A DNA stretch of 64,000 bases from assembly GCA_963788195.1 (NCBI GenBank), contig CAWBGA010000017.1:352001-416000 (forward strand), given 5' to 3'. The DNA is from Nitrospirota bacterium. Its GTDB lineage: Bacteria; Nitrospirota; Nitrospiria; Nitrospirales; NS-4. Under the pieces are notes generated by a model. That model saw only the letters and a program-made list of their open reading frames with translations, ran no database searches and was not told where the DNA came from. Both the position numbers and the translations under genes were made by a program. Every line of letters begins with the position of its first letter. Position 1 is the stretch's first letter. Shown here piece after piece: positions 11,274-21,425 of this stretch.

Positions 11274-11954
11274 TCACCTGCTGCCAACCAGGCTCCGGGG
11301 GGCAAACAAATTTATCAAGAGCAGGCCGGCGAGGAATCCACCGACATGGGCAGACCACGCAACCCCGCCCTCCAGGCCGCCGGTGTTGAAGATGGCATTC
11401 AATGCTTGCATCGCGATCCAGAAACCTAGGACGATGACGGCCGGGACGTGCACCATGTAGGGGAAGATGCCGATTGGAATTAGCACTTGAACACGCACTG
11501 ACGGAAACAGCAAAACATAGGCTCCAAGAACACCCGAGATCGCGCCACTGGCTCCGATCATTGGAATGGGCGAGTCAGCCGCCGTTAACGCGTGGGACAA
11601 GGCCGCCAACGCGCCGGTCACCAGAAAGAACAGGGCAAAACGGCCGTGCCCCAGCACATCCTCTATATTGTTTCCGAAAACCCAAAGATACAACATGTTG
11701 CCCCCTAGATGCAGGATGCCCCCGTGCAGAAACATGGAACTAAACACGGTCAACCAGGCAGGAACCGCCGCGTCCGGCGGTCTTTCTTGGAAATGGAACA
11801 ACTCAGCTGGAATCGCCGCCAGCGAGAGGACGAAATGTTCTCCTCCTGGGCCAAGCAAGACCTGATAAAAAAATATCAGGCAGTTTAGAATGATCAGGCC
11901 GACAGTGACAAAGGGTGTCCGCGTGGTAGGATTCTCGTCGCGGATGGGAATCAT
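11274..11954 (-). CDS. Rhomboid family intramembrane serine protease
   Basis: MIPIRDENP start, FLHGG..H..GNM, catalytic GASG and AHVGG. Confidence 0.93.
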   Translation of the reverse strand: MIPIRDENPTTRTPFVTVGLIILNCLIFFYQVLLGPGGEHFVLSLAAIPAELFHFQERPPDAAVPAWLTVFSSMFLHGGILHLGGNMLYLWVFGNNIEDVLGHGRFALFFLVTGALAALSHALTAADSPIPMIGASGAISGVLGAYVLLFPSVRVQVLIPIGIFPYMVHVPAVIVLGFWIAMQALNAIFNTGGLEGGVAWSAHVGGFLAGLLLINLFAPRSLVGSR

Positions 11955-12076
11955 TTTGACATTTTAGCATCGGACCCTCGCATTTTACTCCCCTCGTCTC
12001 GATTCCCCTTCCGGGGACTCGAGAAGAGGCAACCCGCCTCGCTGCGCGGGGGTCTTCCTGTTAAGATAGAGGCCAA

Positions 12077-13546
12077 ATGCGACTGAATTTAGCGCTTTTC
12101 TTGGTTGTTCTCATCCCATTGCACCCGCCCGCCCTAGAGTCCTTTCGACCCCTTGCAAGTGAAGAGCAAGGGGTGCCCCGGACAGACTCTTTTTCCCCCT
12201 TGCACCCGCCCGCCCTAGAGTCCTTTCGACCCCTTGCAAGTGAAGAGCAAGGGGTGCCCCGGACAGACTCTTTTTCCCTCTTCCTGATGGCCGCTGGGCA
12301 TGATCTTAAGGAAACCAAGGCAGCGTTCGAACGCGGCGACTATGCCAGGGCTCTCAAGATCCTCGACGAGACACTGGCGGGCACGGGTGAACGCCGACCA
12401 CCCGACTACGAGATGCGGGCGGTCATACAAGCACACCTGGGTCGCCCCGAGGACGCCCTCGCTGATTATGATCACGCCGTCAAGCTCACGAACGCTCAGC
12501 GGCCTGAGACTCTTCGCCGGATTGCTATTGGCGTGTTGTCGTCGCTACTCTCCCACGATCAGGAGCAGGTTCGTGGCGCCGCAGTCACCGCTCTTGCCGA
12601 ACTTGGTCCTCGTGGAATTGAGCCGGCGCTGAGCAAAGCGCTGAAGGATACTTCCCCCCGCGTGCGGTCCCTGGCCATCCAGACGGCGGGGCGCCTGGGA
12701 TTAGCCGCCCGTCATCCCACGGTGCGTGAGGCCGTAGAGGATCCTGATGGTTCGGTGCGGCTTGCGGCGCTCGCCACCCTCGGCCTTTCAAAGTCGCCGG
12801 CGGTTGTCCCGGTTGTTCGCAAAGGACTACGCGATCAAGACCAGCTGGCCCAACTCGTGGCGCGTGAAGCGCTCATCCACCTTAATCAGTCGGAGCCTCT
12901 GCAACCGTTACTCAGCGCCACTCGAGATGATAGTCCCGCCGTGCGTGGAGCGGCGCTGGGCATTTTGGGTCGCCTGAAAGCACTTTCCGCGCTAACCGCC
13001 TTGACCATGGGGTTACACGATCCCGATCCGTCCGTCCGCTCGTTCGCAGCCGGCGCACTTGGCGACATGGGGTCAAAAACGGCGATTCCTCAGTTGTTGG
13101 AGGCGCTCAGCGACGAGGACCCTTATGTCAGAAACTTCGCGGCCGGCAGCCTCAGCCGGCTTCAGGCGAAACAAGCCGTTCCTCTGCTATGGGAAGCGGT
13201 GAAAGATTCGGACGCGTTGGTCCGGCTTGCCGCCGCCGAGGCGCTCGTGCGCTTGGGTGAGGGACCCGCGGCGCTCATCTTTCGCGAACTGGCCAAAGAT
13301 CCACAGTACGGAGTGCGCAGTGCCGTGCTGGTATCCATGGCGCGCGTCACACCGGCCCGGGCGCCGGCCTTGGCTGTTGAATCTCTGGAAGATCCGGCAC
13401 CGCGGGTTCGTGTCGCGGCCGTTCAAGTGCTCGGCAAGACGCGCGCGAAAACAGCCATGCCTTATCTACGGCGCGCGCTTCTCGACAGGGACCCGACCGT
13501 GAGGGCTTTTGCCGCGGGCCATCTCGGCGCAATGGCGATAGAATAA
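12077..13546 (+). CDS. Exported TPR + HEAT-repeat protein
   Basis: Hydrophobic N-terminus, TPR-like helices and many D.D..VR..AA..LG HEAT repeats. Confidence 0.85.
   Translation: MRLNLALFLVVLIPLHPPALESFRPLASEEQGVPRTDSFSPLHPPALESFRPLASEEQGVPRTDSFSLFLMAAGHDLKETKAAFERGDYARALKILDETLAGTGERRPPDYEMRAVIQAHLGRPEDALADYDHAVKLTNAQRPETLRRIAIGVLSSLLSHDQEQVRGAAVTALAELGPRGIEPALSKALKDTSPRVRSLAIQTAGRLGLAARHPTVREAVEDPDGSVRLAALATLGLSKSPAVVPVVRKGLRDQDQLAQLVAREALIHLNQSEPLQPLLSATRDDSPAVRGAALGILGRLKALSALTALTMGLHDPDPSVRSFAAGALGDMGSKTAIPQLLEALSDEDPYVRNFAAGSLSRLQAKQAVPLLWEAVKDSDALVRLAAAEALVRLGEGPAALIFRELAKDPQYGVRSAVLVSMARVTPARAPALAVESLEDPAPRVRVAAVQVLGKTRAKTAMPYLRRALLDRDPTVRAFAAGHLGAMAIE
12116..12278 (+). repeat. Two tandem 81-bp copies of the dispersed repeat family, in frame within the CDS
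   Basis: Units start at 12119 and 12200 and each encodes LHPPALESFRPLASEEQGVPRTDSFS. The sequence matches the reverse complement of about 44161-44226. Confidence 0.92.
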
Positions 13547-13582
13547 TTTCCCGTCCATTAGGCGTGGTTTGGCGGAGGTCGC

Positions 13583-14014
13583 ATGCTCAAATTTTTCGGT
13601 TTACTCTTCGTGGTGGGCGTGGCGTTCGCAATCGGCTATCAAGTCGGGCGAGAAGGCCCGGACGTGCTTCTGAAACACGCGAAGGATCTCAGCACCGAAG
13701 TGATGACGAGGGCGACCGCACTGGAGCGCACGACGTCTGTACGAACCGGTCTCCTGAACGCAAAGGAGCACCTGGTTCAGGCCAAATCCGATATCTTGGA
13801 CAAGAACTACGGCAAGGCGGTGAACGGCCTGCAGGACTGCGTAAAGGCACTGACGCAGGCAAAGGCCTCAGTGCAGGACGACATCAAACCCAGACTCGAT
13901 GCATTGACGAGGAAGGTGTCGGATCTGGCGTCGGATGCCCAGGCCTTAAAACCCGGGATGATGACAAAACTCAACGAGGCGATTCGGGAAGTGGATGCGC
14001 TCTTGAACAGATAG
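13583..14014 (+). CDS. Hypothetical membrane-anchored helical protein
   Basis: GGAGG RBS, N-terminal TM helix, amphipathic helical body. Confidence 0.75.
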   Translation: MLKFFGLLFVVGVAFAIGYQVGREGPDVLLKHAKDLSTEVMTRATALERTTSVRTGLLNAKEHLVQAKSDILDKNYGKAVNGLQDCVKALTQAKASVQDDIKPRLDALTRKVSDLASDAQALKPGMMTKLNEAIREVDALLNR

Positions 14015-14043
14015 CCCCGTAATATCCCACCACCCCAAGCGCA

Positions 14044-14186
14044 CCATTACACCCAGCCCACCCTGAAATACAATTTCTACCCCTTACACCATTGACAGGC
14101 AAGGTGTGCCCGGACAGATTTCTTTCACCCATTACACCCGGCCCACCCTGAAATCTGCCAGGACAGATTTCTTTACCCCTTGCAGC
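14044..14186 (+). repeat. Dispersed repeat family cluster
   Basis: CCATTACACCCRGCCCACCCTGAAAT at 14044 and 14129, plus GGACAGATTTCTTT twice. Lies between convergent genes. Confidence 0.85.
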
Positions 14187-14187
14187 T

Positions 14188-16098
14188 TCAAAAATATGCG
14201 TGGACTGTCAGCAGCACTTCGTTGTCGCGGCGTTCCAAATGATTAACTTCCAGGCGAACCGCCCAGTCCTTCGAAAGCGTGTAACGCTGCTGGAATGAGT
14301 ACTTCGTATTATCTGAATGTTCTCCAAGCGGATACCGTAGATAGCTGGCCGAGAGCAACATCTTCCACCGCTCCGTGACCTCCAGCAACATTCCTCCGGT
14401 CACGCCTCCCCCGACCCGGTGGTTTTCCTCGAATGCATGGCTGTAGTTTGCATCCAGCTCGGCAAACACGAAATAGACTTCTCGACGCAGCCAGCGTGTC
14501 TCCATGGCTGCCCCAGGGCCGACATTAAAATGAAAATTGCCGCAATACCGGCAATCCTGGACCCGGACGGTTTCAAATCCGACGCTGACTTTCCAAGATG
14601 GCCGTTTAAATAATGCATCCATCGGAGAGAGCGAGATGATGTCCAACACATCCAGACGTTCCAGCCTGAACTGATTGTGTTTTTCATAGTGCCGAAGCTT
14701 GATTGCCATGAACTCGATCTGCGCGTCATGCGCAAACCCCGTGTCCGAATCCAGGAGATCGTGATAGGCCGGCCGCAGGTTCACCTCTTCAAAAAACTCG
14801 TCCTGTCGCCACCCGAATGCAATCCCCGCTCGACGGGTCAGGTGGCCTGTATCGGGGGGCGCGCTCACCGGTGCGATGATGACCGGCGCAGACTGGACCT
14901 TCACGGCGCTGCGGGCGATGAGCACCGCCTGGTTTTTCTCCTTATACGTGGCGGCATTCCGTTCCTCTGCGATACTCAGATAGCGCAAATAGTGGGACAC
15001 CACATCGAGCACAAATGCCTGACGGTCAGCCGGCAAACGTCGAAATTCCTGTTGCTGGGCAAGCTCTGGATTCTTCACGAGCCGCGCCAACCAGGACCGT
15101 TCTTGTTCGGAGAGCGTCGCATTTCTCCCTTCAATTTGCGTGGTGAGTGAGGGCCGAAACACGACGTCCGCGATCAAACCCGGCTGACTCGCGACCAATC
15201 GCAGCGTTGCTGCGGGAATGGTCCAGACGATAAACTCGTCCGTCAAATGAAGAGTCGGGTCGGCCACTTCCAATAATGACAGGATGTGATAGGCACAGTT
15301 CTCCTTGAAGTAGAAATAATCAAAATAGGTGTTACCCAGCTCCCAGGCATGCATCAACATATTCAGGACCTGCTGCTCACTGAGGTTCAGCCGATATTCC
15401 CAAATATCCCGGCTCTCGATATCTCGATACTCCTGCACTTTCATGTAATAGGGCATCGTCGAAAAATACCCTTTGAAACCACCGGTCATTCCCATATACG
15501 CGTACATGGCGCCGTTATCAGTTGTGACATCCGCCGCATAATTAATCGTATACGCGAGGATTCGGGTCTGCTCTGTCTGGCCTTTTTGGTCGATGCGAAG
15601 CAGTGTGTGGCCAAACATCGAGGAGGGACTATTCATATAGGCGGAGGGGAAAATGAGTGTGACGGATTGTGGATTGAGCGCGCGCAACCAGACGAGAAAG
15701 CGGTCGCAGGTTTTCGGCGGCAACCGGCGGTCATCAATGGCAAGAACGGTCTTTAGCCAGTGATGGCGCGCCACAAAGGCACACTGGGCGGGCTGAGCGG
15801 TACGACCAACGAGCTTATCAGTGAAGAACGTTCGCAGGGTCGCTTCCAGCTCCGCTCGGGGATCAGTTTTCCCGTTCGGCGCCAGGAAAAAGGCGGGGCC
15901 ATCGGCTTCGCTCGTATATCCGCCCCACAGGTTTTTTCGATAATGCAGTAAGAGATGCCACGGGCGTTGTTCCCAAAGTCGTAGTTCAGCCGATCGCCGA
16001 AGGAGATCATCGAGATAGGGTTGATCAGGTGGCTCTGTCGCGTGAACCGTTCCGGCAACAACAAGGAAGGCTAGAAGGAACCCGATCGATCTTCGCAA
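14188..16098 (-). CDS. DUF4105 (Lnb N-terminal-like) domain protein with probable C-terminal outer-membrane beta-barrel
   Basis: Signal peptide, SMFGHTLLRI and YFYFKENC (His/Cys) motifs, beta-rich C-terminus ending in Phe. Confidence 0.78.
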   Translation of the reverse strand: MRRSIGFLLAFLVVAGTVHATEPPDQPYLDDLLRRSAELRLWEQRPWHLLLHYRKNLWGGYTSEADGPAFFLAPNGKTDPRAELEATLRTFFTDKLVGRTAQPAQCAFVARHHWLKTVLAIDDRRLPPKTCDRFLVWLRALNPQSVTLIFPSAYMNSPSSMFGHTLLRIDQKGQTEQTRILAYTINYAADVTTDNGAMYAYMGMTGGFKGYFSTMPYYMKVQEYRDIESRDIWEYRLNLSEQQVLNMLMHAWELGNTYFDYFYFKENCAYHILSLLEVADPTLHLTDEFIVWTIPAATLRLVASQPGLIADVVFRPSLTTQIEGRNATLSEQERSWLARLVKNPELAQQQEFRRLPADRQAFVLDVVSHYLRYLSIAEERNAATYKEKNQAVLIARSAVKVQSAPVIIAPVSAPPDTGHLTRRAGIAFGWRQDEFFEEVNLRPAYHDLLDSDTGFAHDAQIEFMAIKLRHYEKHNQFRLERLDVLDIISLSPMDALFKRPSWKVSVGFETVRVQDCRYCGNFHFNVGPGAAMETRWLRREVYFVFAELDANYSHAFEENHRVGGGVTGGMLLEVTERWKMLLSASYLRYPLGEHSDNTKYSFQQRYTLSKDWAVRLEVNHLERRDNEVLLTVHAYF

Positions 16099-16295
16099 TC
16101 TTTGTTCAAAAAACCCTAGCGGGAAAAAGCCGGGAGCTTGCCAAAAAGCAAATATACGTACCTGCGTTTGAATCTGTCAAATACGGCGGGCAGGAATGAG
16201 CAAAGGCAAATCGGGCAGCAGAGCCGCGCTCACGGCGGTAGGCATGGGAGGTAAGAGGGGGACCCGTTTAGGGGCAGGTCCCCCTTCTGCGCAGG

Positions 16296-16809
16296 TTAGT
16301 TGCTGGCGCTTAGTTTCGCGAGGGTCGGATGGACATCCATTGCGTTATGCAATGCGACGAGCATCGCTACTGGGGTCGCCTCCCCGGAGCGGATTAACGT
16401 CGTGTATTTCTCTTGAGTCATCGCAAAGAAGGCTGGCTGTTGTTCCGCGGGCACACCTAGCAACGTCGCCAGGGACGCCAGATGCTCGCCACGGCCCTGG
16501 GCCATCTCTTGCGCCAGGCTGTCGAAGTTCGCCTGGGCAAATACATTCACCTGCTCATTTTGAACGATGACTCCGTCATTGGTGCAACCCGGATGTTCCG
16601 AAGCTGATGCCAAAGGTCTGGGCTACCGAAGGTGCCGTTGGTCGTGGACCCTAGAACCTGCTGGATAATGTGCTTCTGTCCGGCCGAGCCGTCCCACACC
16701 ATTTTGCCGAGCCCACATCCAGGATCATTACTCCACGCGGCCAAAGCCGGACCGCCTGAAAACAGGCCAACGCAATCGCCGCCTGCAAAAGAACCAACGC
16801 TTTCTTCAT
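16296..16809 (-). CDS. DUF3015 family protein (two indels)
   Basis: MKKALVLL signal, GCGLG, TNGTFG, LAQEMAQGRGEHLASLA pieces in three frames, with an AGGAGG RBS. Confidence 0.78.
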
Positions 16810-16966
16810 AGTTCCCCTCCTGTTGAGAAAAAATTCACCGCCTAAGACTTGACCTTACGCACGCCGCGCAGGTCCGCTTAGGGAGCATGTCCCGAAACCA
16901 CCATTACCACAATACCAATGGCGTAGGCAATGCAATATACGAAGTGGGGGCGTGGGATGCCGCCAC

Positions 16967-17743
16967 CTACCGCGTTGTCTGTTGGACAAATTGACGGAGT
17001 CGGCGGAAATATGCCTTACCTCCTATACTGTACAGATTATTGTGGTCGGCGCCATCCACGCGGTAGAACTCTTTCGGAGGGAGGGCCGCCGCAAACACCT
17101 GCTCCCCGAACTGGAACGGGACAATCTGGTCGCGGTCTCCATGAATGATCAGGACAGGCATGCGAATCCGCGGACAAGCGTTCTGCGAGATTAAATCGCG
17201 CGACCAATAGCCAATGGACGGGCAGACCCCAGACATGTATCCTTGGCCAGGTGCCGCAATGGAGGGAAACGCGGATTCGAGGATGAGACCGGCGGCCCGT
17301 CGCCGGCTTGCCAGATCCCCGCCACCGCAGCTCCGAGCGACCGGCCGAACAGCACGATCTGTCCGGGGTCAATCCCCCTTGCATCGACCAGATGCGCGTA
17401 GGCCGCCAAGGCGTCCTGGTACAGATCCCTTCTCTGAAGGACGGCCGCGACTTCGGCCGTAACCCCGGTAGTCAAACAAAAACACTGCCAGGCCGATATT
17501 GTGGAGCTCGGCGAGATTATCCAACCGATGGATGATGTTGCCTGCATTTCCGTGGCACCAAAGAAGCACCGGCGCCTGGGCGGCGGACGGCACAAACCAT
17601 CCGAACAGCTGGGTCCTATCGGCTGCCTGAAATGTCACGTCTTGAAGAGGAAGGCCGGTGATCCGCGCCCAATCGCGCTCGATCCACGGAGCAGGATGAT
17701 ACACGAAGATTTGGTCAAACGAGTCGTGGATGCTCGCCAACAA
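16967..17743 (-). CDS. Alpha/beta hydrolase (frameshifted)
   Basis: HGNAGN, DYRGYG, GRSLG nucleophile elbow, HGDRD and HN spread over three or more frames. Confidence 0.85.
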
Positions 17744-17766
17744 CTATGATCTACGGTGTCGTGAGT

Positions 17767-18743
17767 TTAGGCGGTACCGGCTCGTTCTTCTTCGGACTCG
17801 ACAGGTGAGCGTTTTTTCTTCCAGTCCCAGATGATTCGCTCAGCCCGCATCTGCACGGCGAAATCGGGATCCTTCATCAGGGCCTTGATCGCCGGCTTTC
17901 CGCGGTCGTCACCGATCAGGTCCAAGGCGGCGATAGCCTGGAGACGGACATCCAGTCCTCATCCCGGGTGGCATCGATCAATGGCTCGATCGCTTCCGAC
18001 ACCCCGATTTCGCCGAGGGCGATGACGGCGTGCTTGCGAACATTCTTGTCTTTGTCATTAAGCACGGCCATCAATCGCTCTACTGCCGGCAACCCGACCT
18101 CGACAAGGGCCTTCGTAGCCACATCCTTGAACTCTTCATTTCGCAGCTGGACCATCAATGGATCGAGCACCCGCTCATCCTTGATCTTGCCCAGCACTTG
18201 AATCACAAAGGTCCTGATCTGGTACTCGCGTAGCGCCTTAATCAGCGGCTCCACAGCCGGCGGACCAATCTGCGCCAACGCATCCTGTGCAGCTTCGCGC
18301 ACGTTCCACTCGGAGTCGCGAAAGGCAGTGAGAAGCGGCGCAATGGCGCGTTCGTCGCCCATTTCGCCAAGTGTGATGGCGGCGTCTTTGCGTCGAAACC
18401 AATCCTTGTCCTTTAAGAGATCAATCTGGATCTCGACTTCATCTTTGACCTTCGGCTCCGCGACGGGCGCAGGCTTTGTTTCAGGAGCATCTGCGATAGC
18501 CGTGTCTTCTTGTCCAGGGGTCGCGAGTTCATCTTGAGGAGGTGCGGGCGGCGTGGGTGAACTGGGCAACAGCTCGTCCTGGCGAGCTGATGGTTGGGCG
18601 GGTGCCCCGGGAACAGAGGCTGTCCCGGGGGTTAAGGAGTCTGTCTCGGCAGACTCAGGGCGGGCTGGGTGTAACGGAGCCTCGGGGTTGGCGGCGTCGT
18701 CCTGCGACTGCTTATCCTTGGCGCTCGTGGGTGAGTTGCCCAT
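17767..18743 (-). CDS. HEAT-repeat protein with Pro/Ala-rich N-terminus (indel near 17950)
   Basis: PBS-lyase HEAT repeats. The C-terminus continues in another frame (RLQAIAALDLIGDDRGKPAIK...) to TAA at 17767. Confidence 0.8.
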
Positions 18744-18761
18744 ATTTATGCCTCTTAATTT

Positions 18762-18980
18762 TCAACTTGCGGTGGCCGGCTTAGCTTCGGTTTTTTTGCG
18801 GCTGCCTTGCGCCTTTCGCAAGGCAAGCGCGCGCTGCTTTCGCTGCGCACGCTTTAGATTCTTATGCAGAGACCGCAGCGCGGGATCGTTATCGGTTTTC
18901 TCGGAGGACTTGCGCCGTTCCATGACCTTTGTCTTCAAGCGCGCAATATCTGATTCTGCGGTCGACTTTTTTTGCCCCAT
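18762..18980 (-). CDS. Small basic hypothetical protein
   Basis: AAGGAG RBS before MGQKKST, Lys/Arg-rich, co-oriented with neighbours. Confidence 0.7.
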   Translation of the reverse strand: MGQKKSTAESDIARLKTKVMERRKSSEKTDNDPALRSLHKNLKRAQRKQRALALRKAQGSRKKTEAKPATAS

Positions 18981-19096
18981 GATGCTCCTTCGATCTGCAA
19001 TCCAGCAGTGTCTGAGGACCAGCACACCGCTTTACCTACCACACAAACTACATGAGGGAACAATCGAGGAAGTGTATCGGGTCTTGCGAGGAGCTG

Positions 19097-19882
19097 TCAA
19101 ACGGCAACAGGAAAGTTCTGGGCATCCGGTAACGGGGCTTCCTCATCGGCCGGGGGTTCGGCGGGATGGGGGGAATCCTCAGAGAATTGAGAGAGCAGGC
19201 GGAACCTGCGCTCATCCCGAAGATCTCGCGCGTGAGGCCACACCATATGATTCTGTCGCGCTTCGCCGGAGCCGATCCAGACATCTCCGTACCGCCAATC
19301 CCATTGGGAAGAAAGAGCCCCTGCTGCCCCTAGACTTGCAAACGGTGCTGATCTTTCATTGTTAAAGGGAGTTGGAGCCGCTACGAAACGCCCCCCGGAG
19401 CGCGACAGTCCATCCGTGATGACCTCGACGGTCACCGGAGACGTGCCCAAATCTATCATGTCAAGCTCTGCGGCCGCCGCATGCGACAGGTCGATGATCC
19501 GGCCGTCGATATAGGGCCCCCGATCGTTGATCAGAACCTCGACTTGACGGCCGTTCAATGCATTCATCACCCGTACCCGGGACCCTAATGGCAGTACACG
19601 GTGCGCCGCGGTCAACTTATGCTGGTCGAAGGCCTTACCGCTCGCTGTCAGGCGCCCATGAAAGTCCTCGCCGTACCAAGAGGCTGCCCCGCGTTCCTTT
19701 AAGCCCGCATCATAGTCCCCGTATCCCTTGGGAACGAGTGAGCAGCCGGAAAGAGCCATGGAGGTAGACAAGGTGATGATAAAGGCGAGGGACATCCAGC
19801 CGCCTCTGGGCTTTAGTCTCCGCACTGTGTTTTTTGCTGCCATACGATGCTTTCCCCTGATTGTCTCAGGCGCTTTGAGCAT
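19097..19882 (-). CDS. rlpA: Septal ring lytic transglycosylase RlpA family lipoprotein
   Basis: LSGC lipobox, GAASWYG, TAAHRVLP, INDRGPY, IIDLS. Start uncertain. Confidence 0.88.
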   Translation of the reverse strand: MLKAPETIRGKHRMAAKNTVRRLKPRGGWMSLAFIITLSTSMALSGCSLVPKGYGDYDAGLKERGAASWYGEDFHGRLTASGKAFDQHKLTAAHRVLPLGSRVRVMNALNGRQVEVLINDRGPYIDGRIIDLSHAAAAELDMIDLGTSPVTVEVITDGLSRSGGRFVAAPTPFNNERSAPFASLGAAGALSSQWDWRYGDVWIGSGEARQNHMVWPHARDLRDERRFRLLSQFSEDSPHPAEPPADEEAPLPDAQNFPVAV

Positions 19883-19977
19883 TGATTTAAGAACGTTGAA
19901 AAGTTAGGGTTGCGCCTGAGGAACAGGCTCTAGTTAGATCAGTAGGTGCTGGTACCTTATCGCATTCCGTCGCGTGC

Positions 19978-20020
19978 TGTCAAGAAGGTTGTTGACACGA
20001 TTCTGGCCGTCCCCTACACT
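19978..20020. promoter_or_regulatory. Back-to-back sigma70 promoters (rlpA / rimO)
   Basis: Plus strand TTGACA(19992)-17 bp-TACACT(20015). Minus strand TTGACA at 19983-19978. Confidence 0.7.
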
Positions 20021-20026
20021 GCTCGC

Positions 20027-21419
20027 ATGACATTGTTAACATTGAAAACCCCCTCTGTTGAGGCCTCCAAAATCATGCCCAAAACAACGATTGGCTTCGT
20101 CAACCTAGGTTGTTCGAAGAACCAGGTCGACACCGAGGTCATGCTCGGATCGCTCGCCAATAATGGATTTGCCTTCACTTCGGACCCGCGGGAAGCGGAA
20201 GTCGTCATCATCAATACCTGCGGATTTATCGAGGAGGCAAAGCAGGAATCTATCGATACCATCATTGACTTTGGGCAGCTCAAGAAAAGGGGGGCATGTA
20301 AAGTACTCATCGCCGCGGGCTGCCTCTCTCAACGATATCAGAATACGTTATTGAAGAGCCTGCCGGAGTTGGACGGCGTGGTGGGGACGGGAGAAGTCGG
20401 CCGGATCGCCGAGATTTGCCGCACGCTCCTTACGCCCGGTCGAAAGAAGCAGCGGGTGTGGATGACGCCTCCTCCCTATCTTTATGACGAGTTCACTCCC
20501 CGGATGCGCCTGGGCAAGCCGCACTCCGCTTTTGTGAAGATCGCGGAGGGATGTAACAGAAACTGCACGTTTTGCGCGATACCGCTGATGCGAGGAAAGC
20601 AACGGAGCCGGTCCACTGAGTCTATCCTCCAGGAAATTCAAAAGTTAGCCGGCGAAGGGGTCACAGAAATCAACCTGATCTCACAGGATACGATCAATTA
20701 CGGCGTTGACCTGGGAATACGCCACGGCCTCGCCACCATGCTCCGTGAAGCCGTCAAAATACAGGGGCTTCGGTGGATCCGGCCTTTCTATCTCTATCCG
20801 CAGGAGGTGTCGGAGGATTTGATCGAACTGTATGCGAACGAGCCGAAGCTCGCCAAGTACGTTGACATGCCCTTACAGCACATTAACGACGTCGTGCTCA
20901 AACGGATGCACCGTTTGGGGACGAAGAAGCTCCATCACGGAAATCGTGAACCGGTTTCGGCATCGCGTGCCTGGACTGACATTTCGGACCGGATTCATCG
21001 TCGGGTTTCCGGGAGAGACCAAGGCCGCGTTTCGCGAGCTCAAGCGTTATCTTACAGAAATGGAGTTCGATCGCGTGGGCGTGTTCGGCTACTCAGATGA
21101 AGAAGGCACTGCCGCCGCTGCGCTGCCGGGGAAAATTTCCCGCGAAGTCATGGAGGAGCGACGGGACGAGCTGCTGACACTTCAGGAAGGGATTTCACTT
21201 CGCAAGAATCGGAATCGGATCGGAACTATCATCGAAGTTCTCGTGGACGGACCCTCCGAAGAGACCGATCTGCTCCTGGAAGGACGCCACCAGGGACAAG
21301 CTCCGGATATCGACGGGGTCGTGTACCTGAACGAGGGCAACGCCAGCCCGGGAGACTTTGTGAAAGCCGAGATCATCGAGGCCCACGCGTATGACCTCGT
21401 CGGCCGGATCGCCGGCTGA
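20027..21419 (+). CDS. rimO: Ribosomal protein S12 methylthiotransferase (indel near 20930)
   Basis: LGCSKNQVD, NTCGFI, radical SAM CNRNCTFC, IVGFPGET and a TRAM domain (APDIDG). Confidence 0.93.
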
Positions 21420-21425
21420 CGATAA

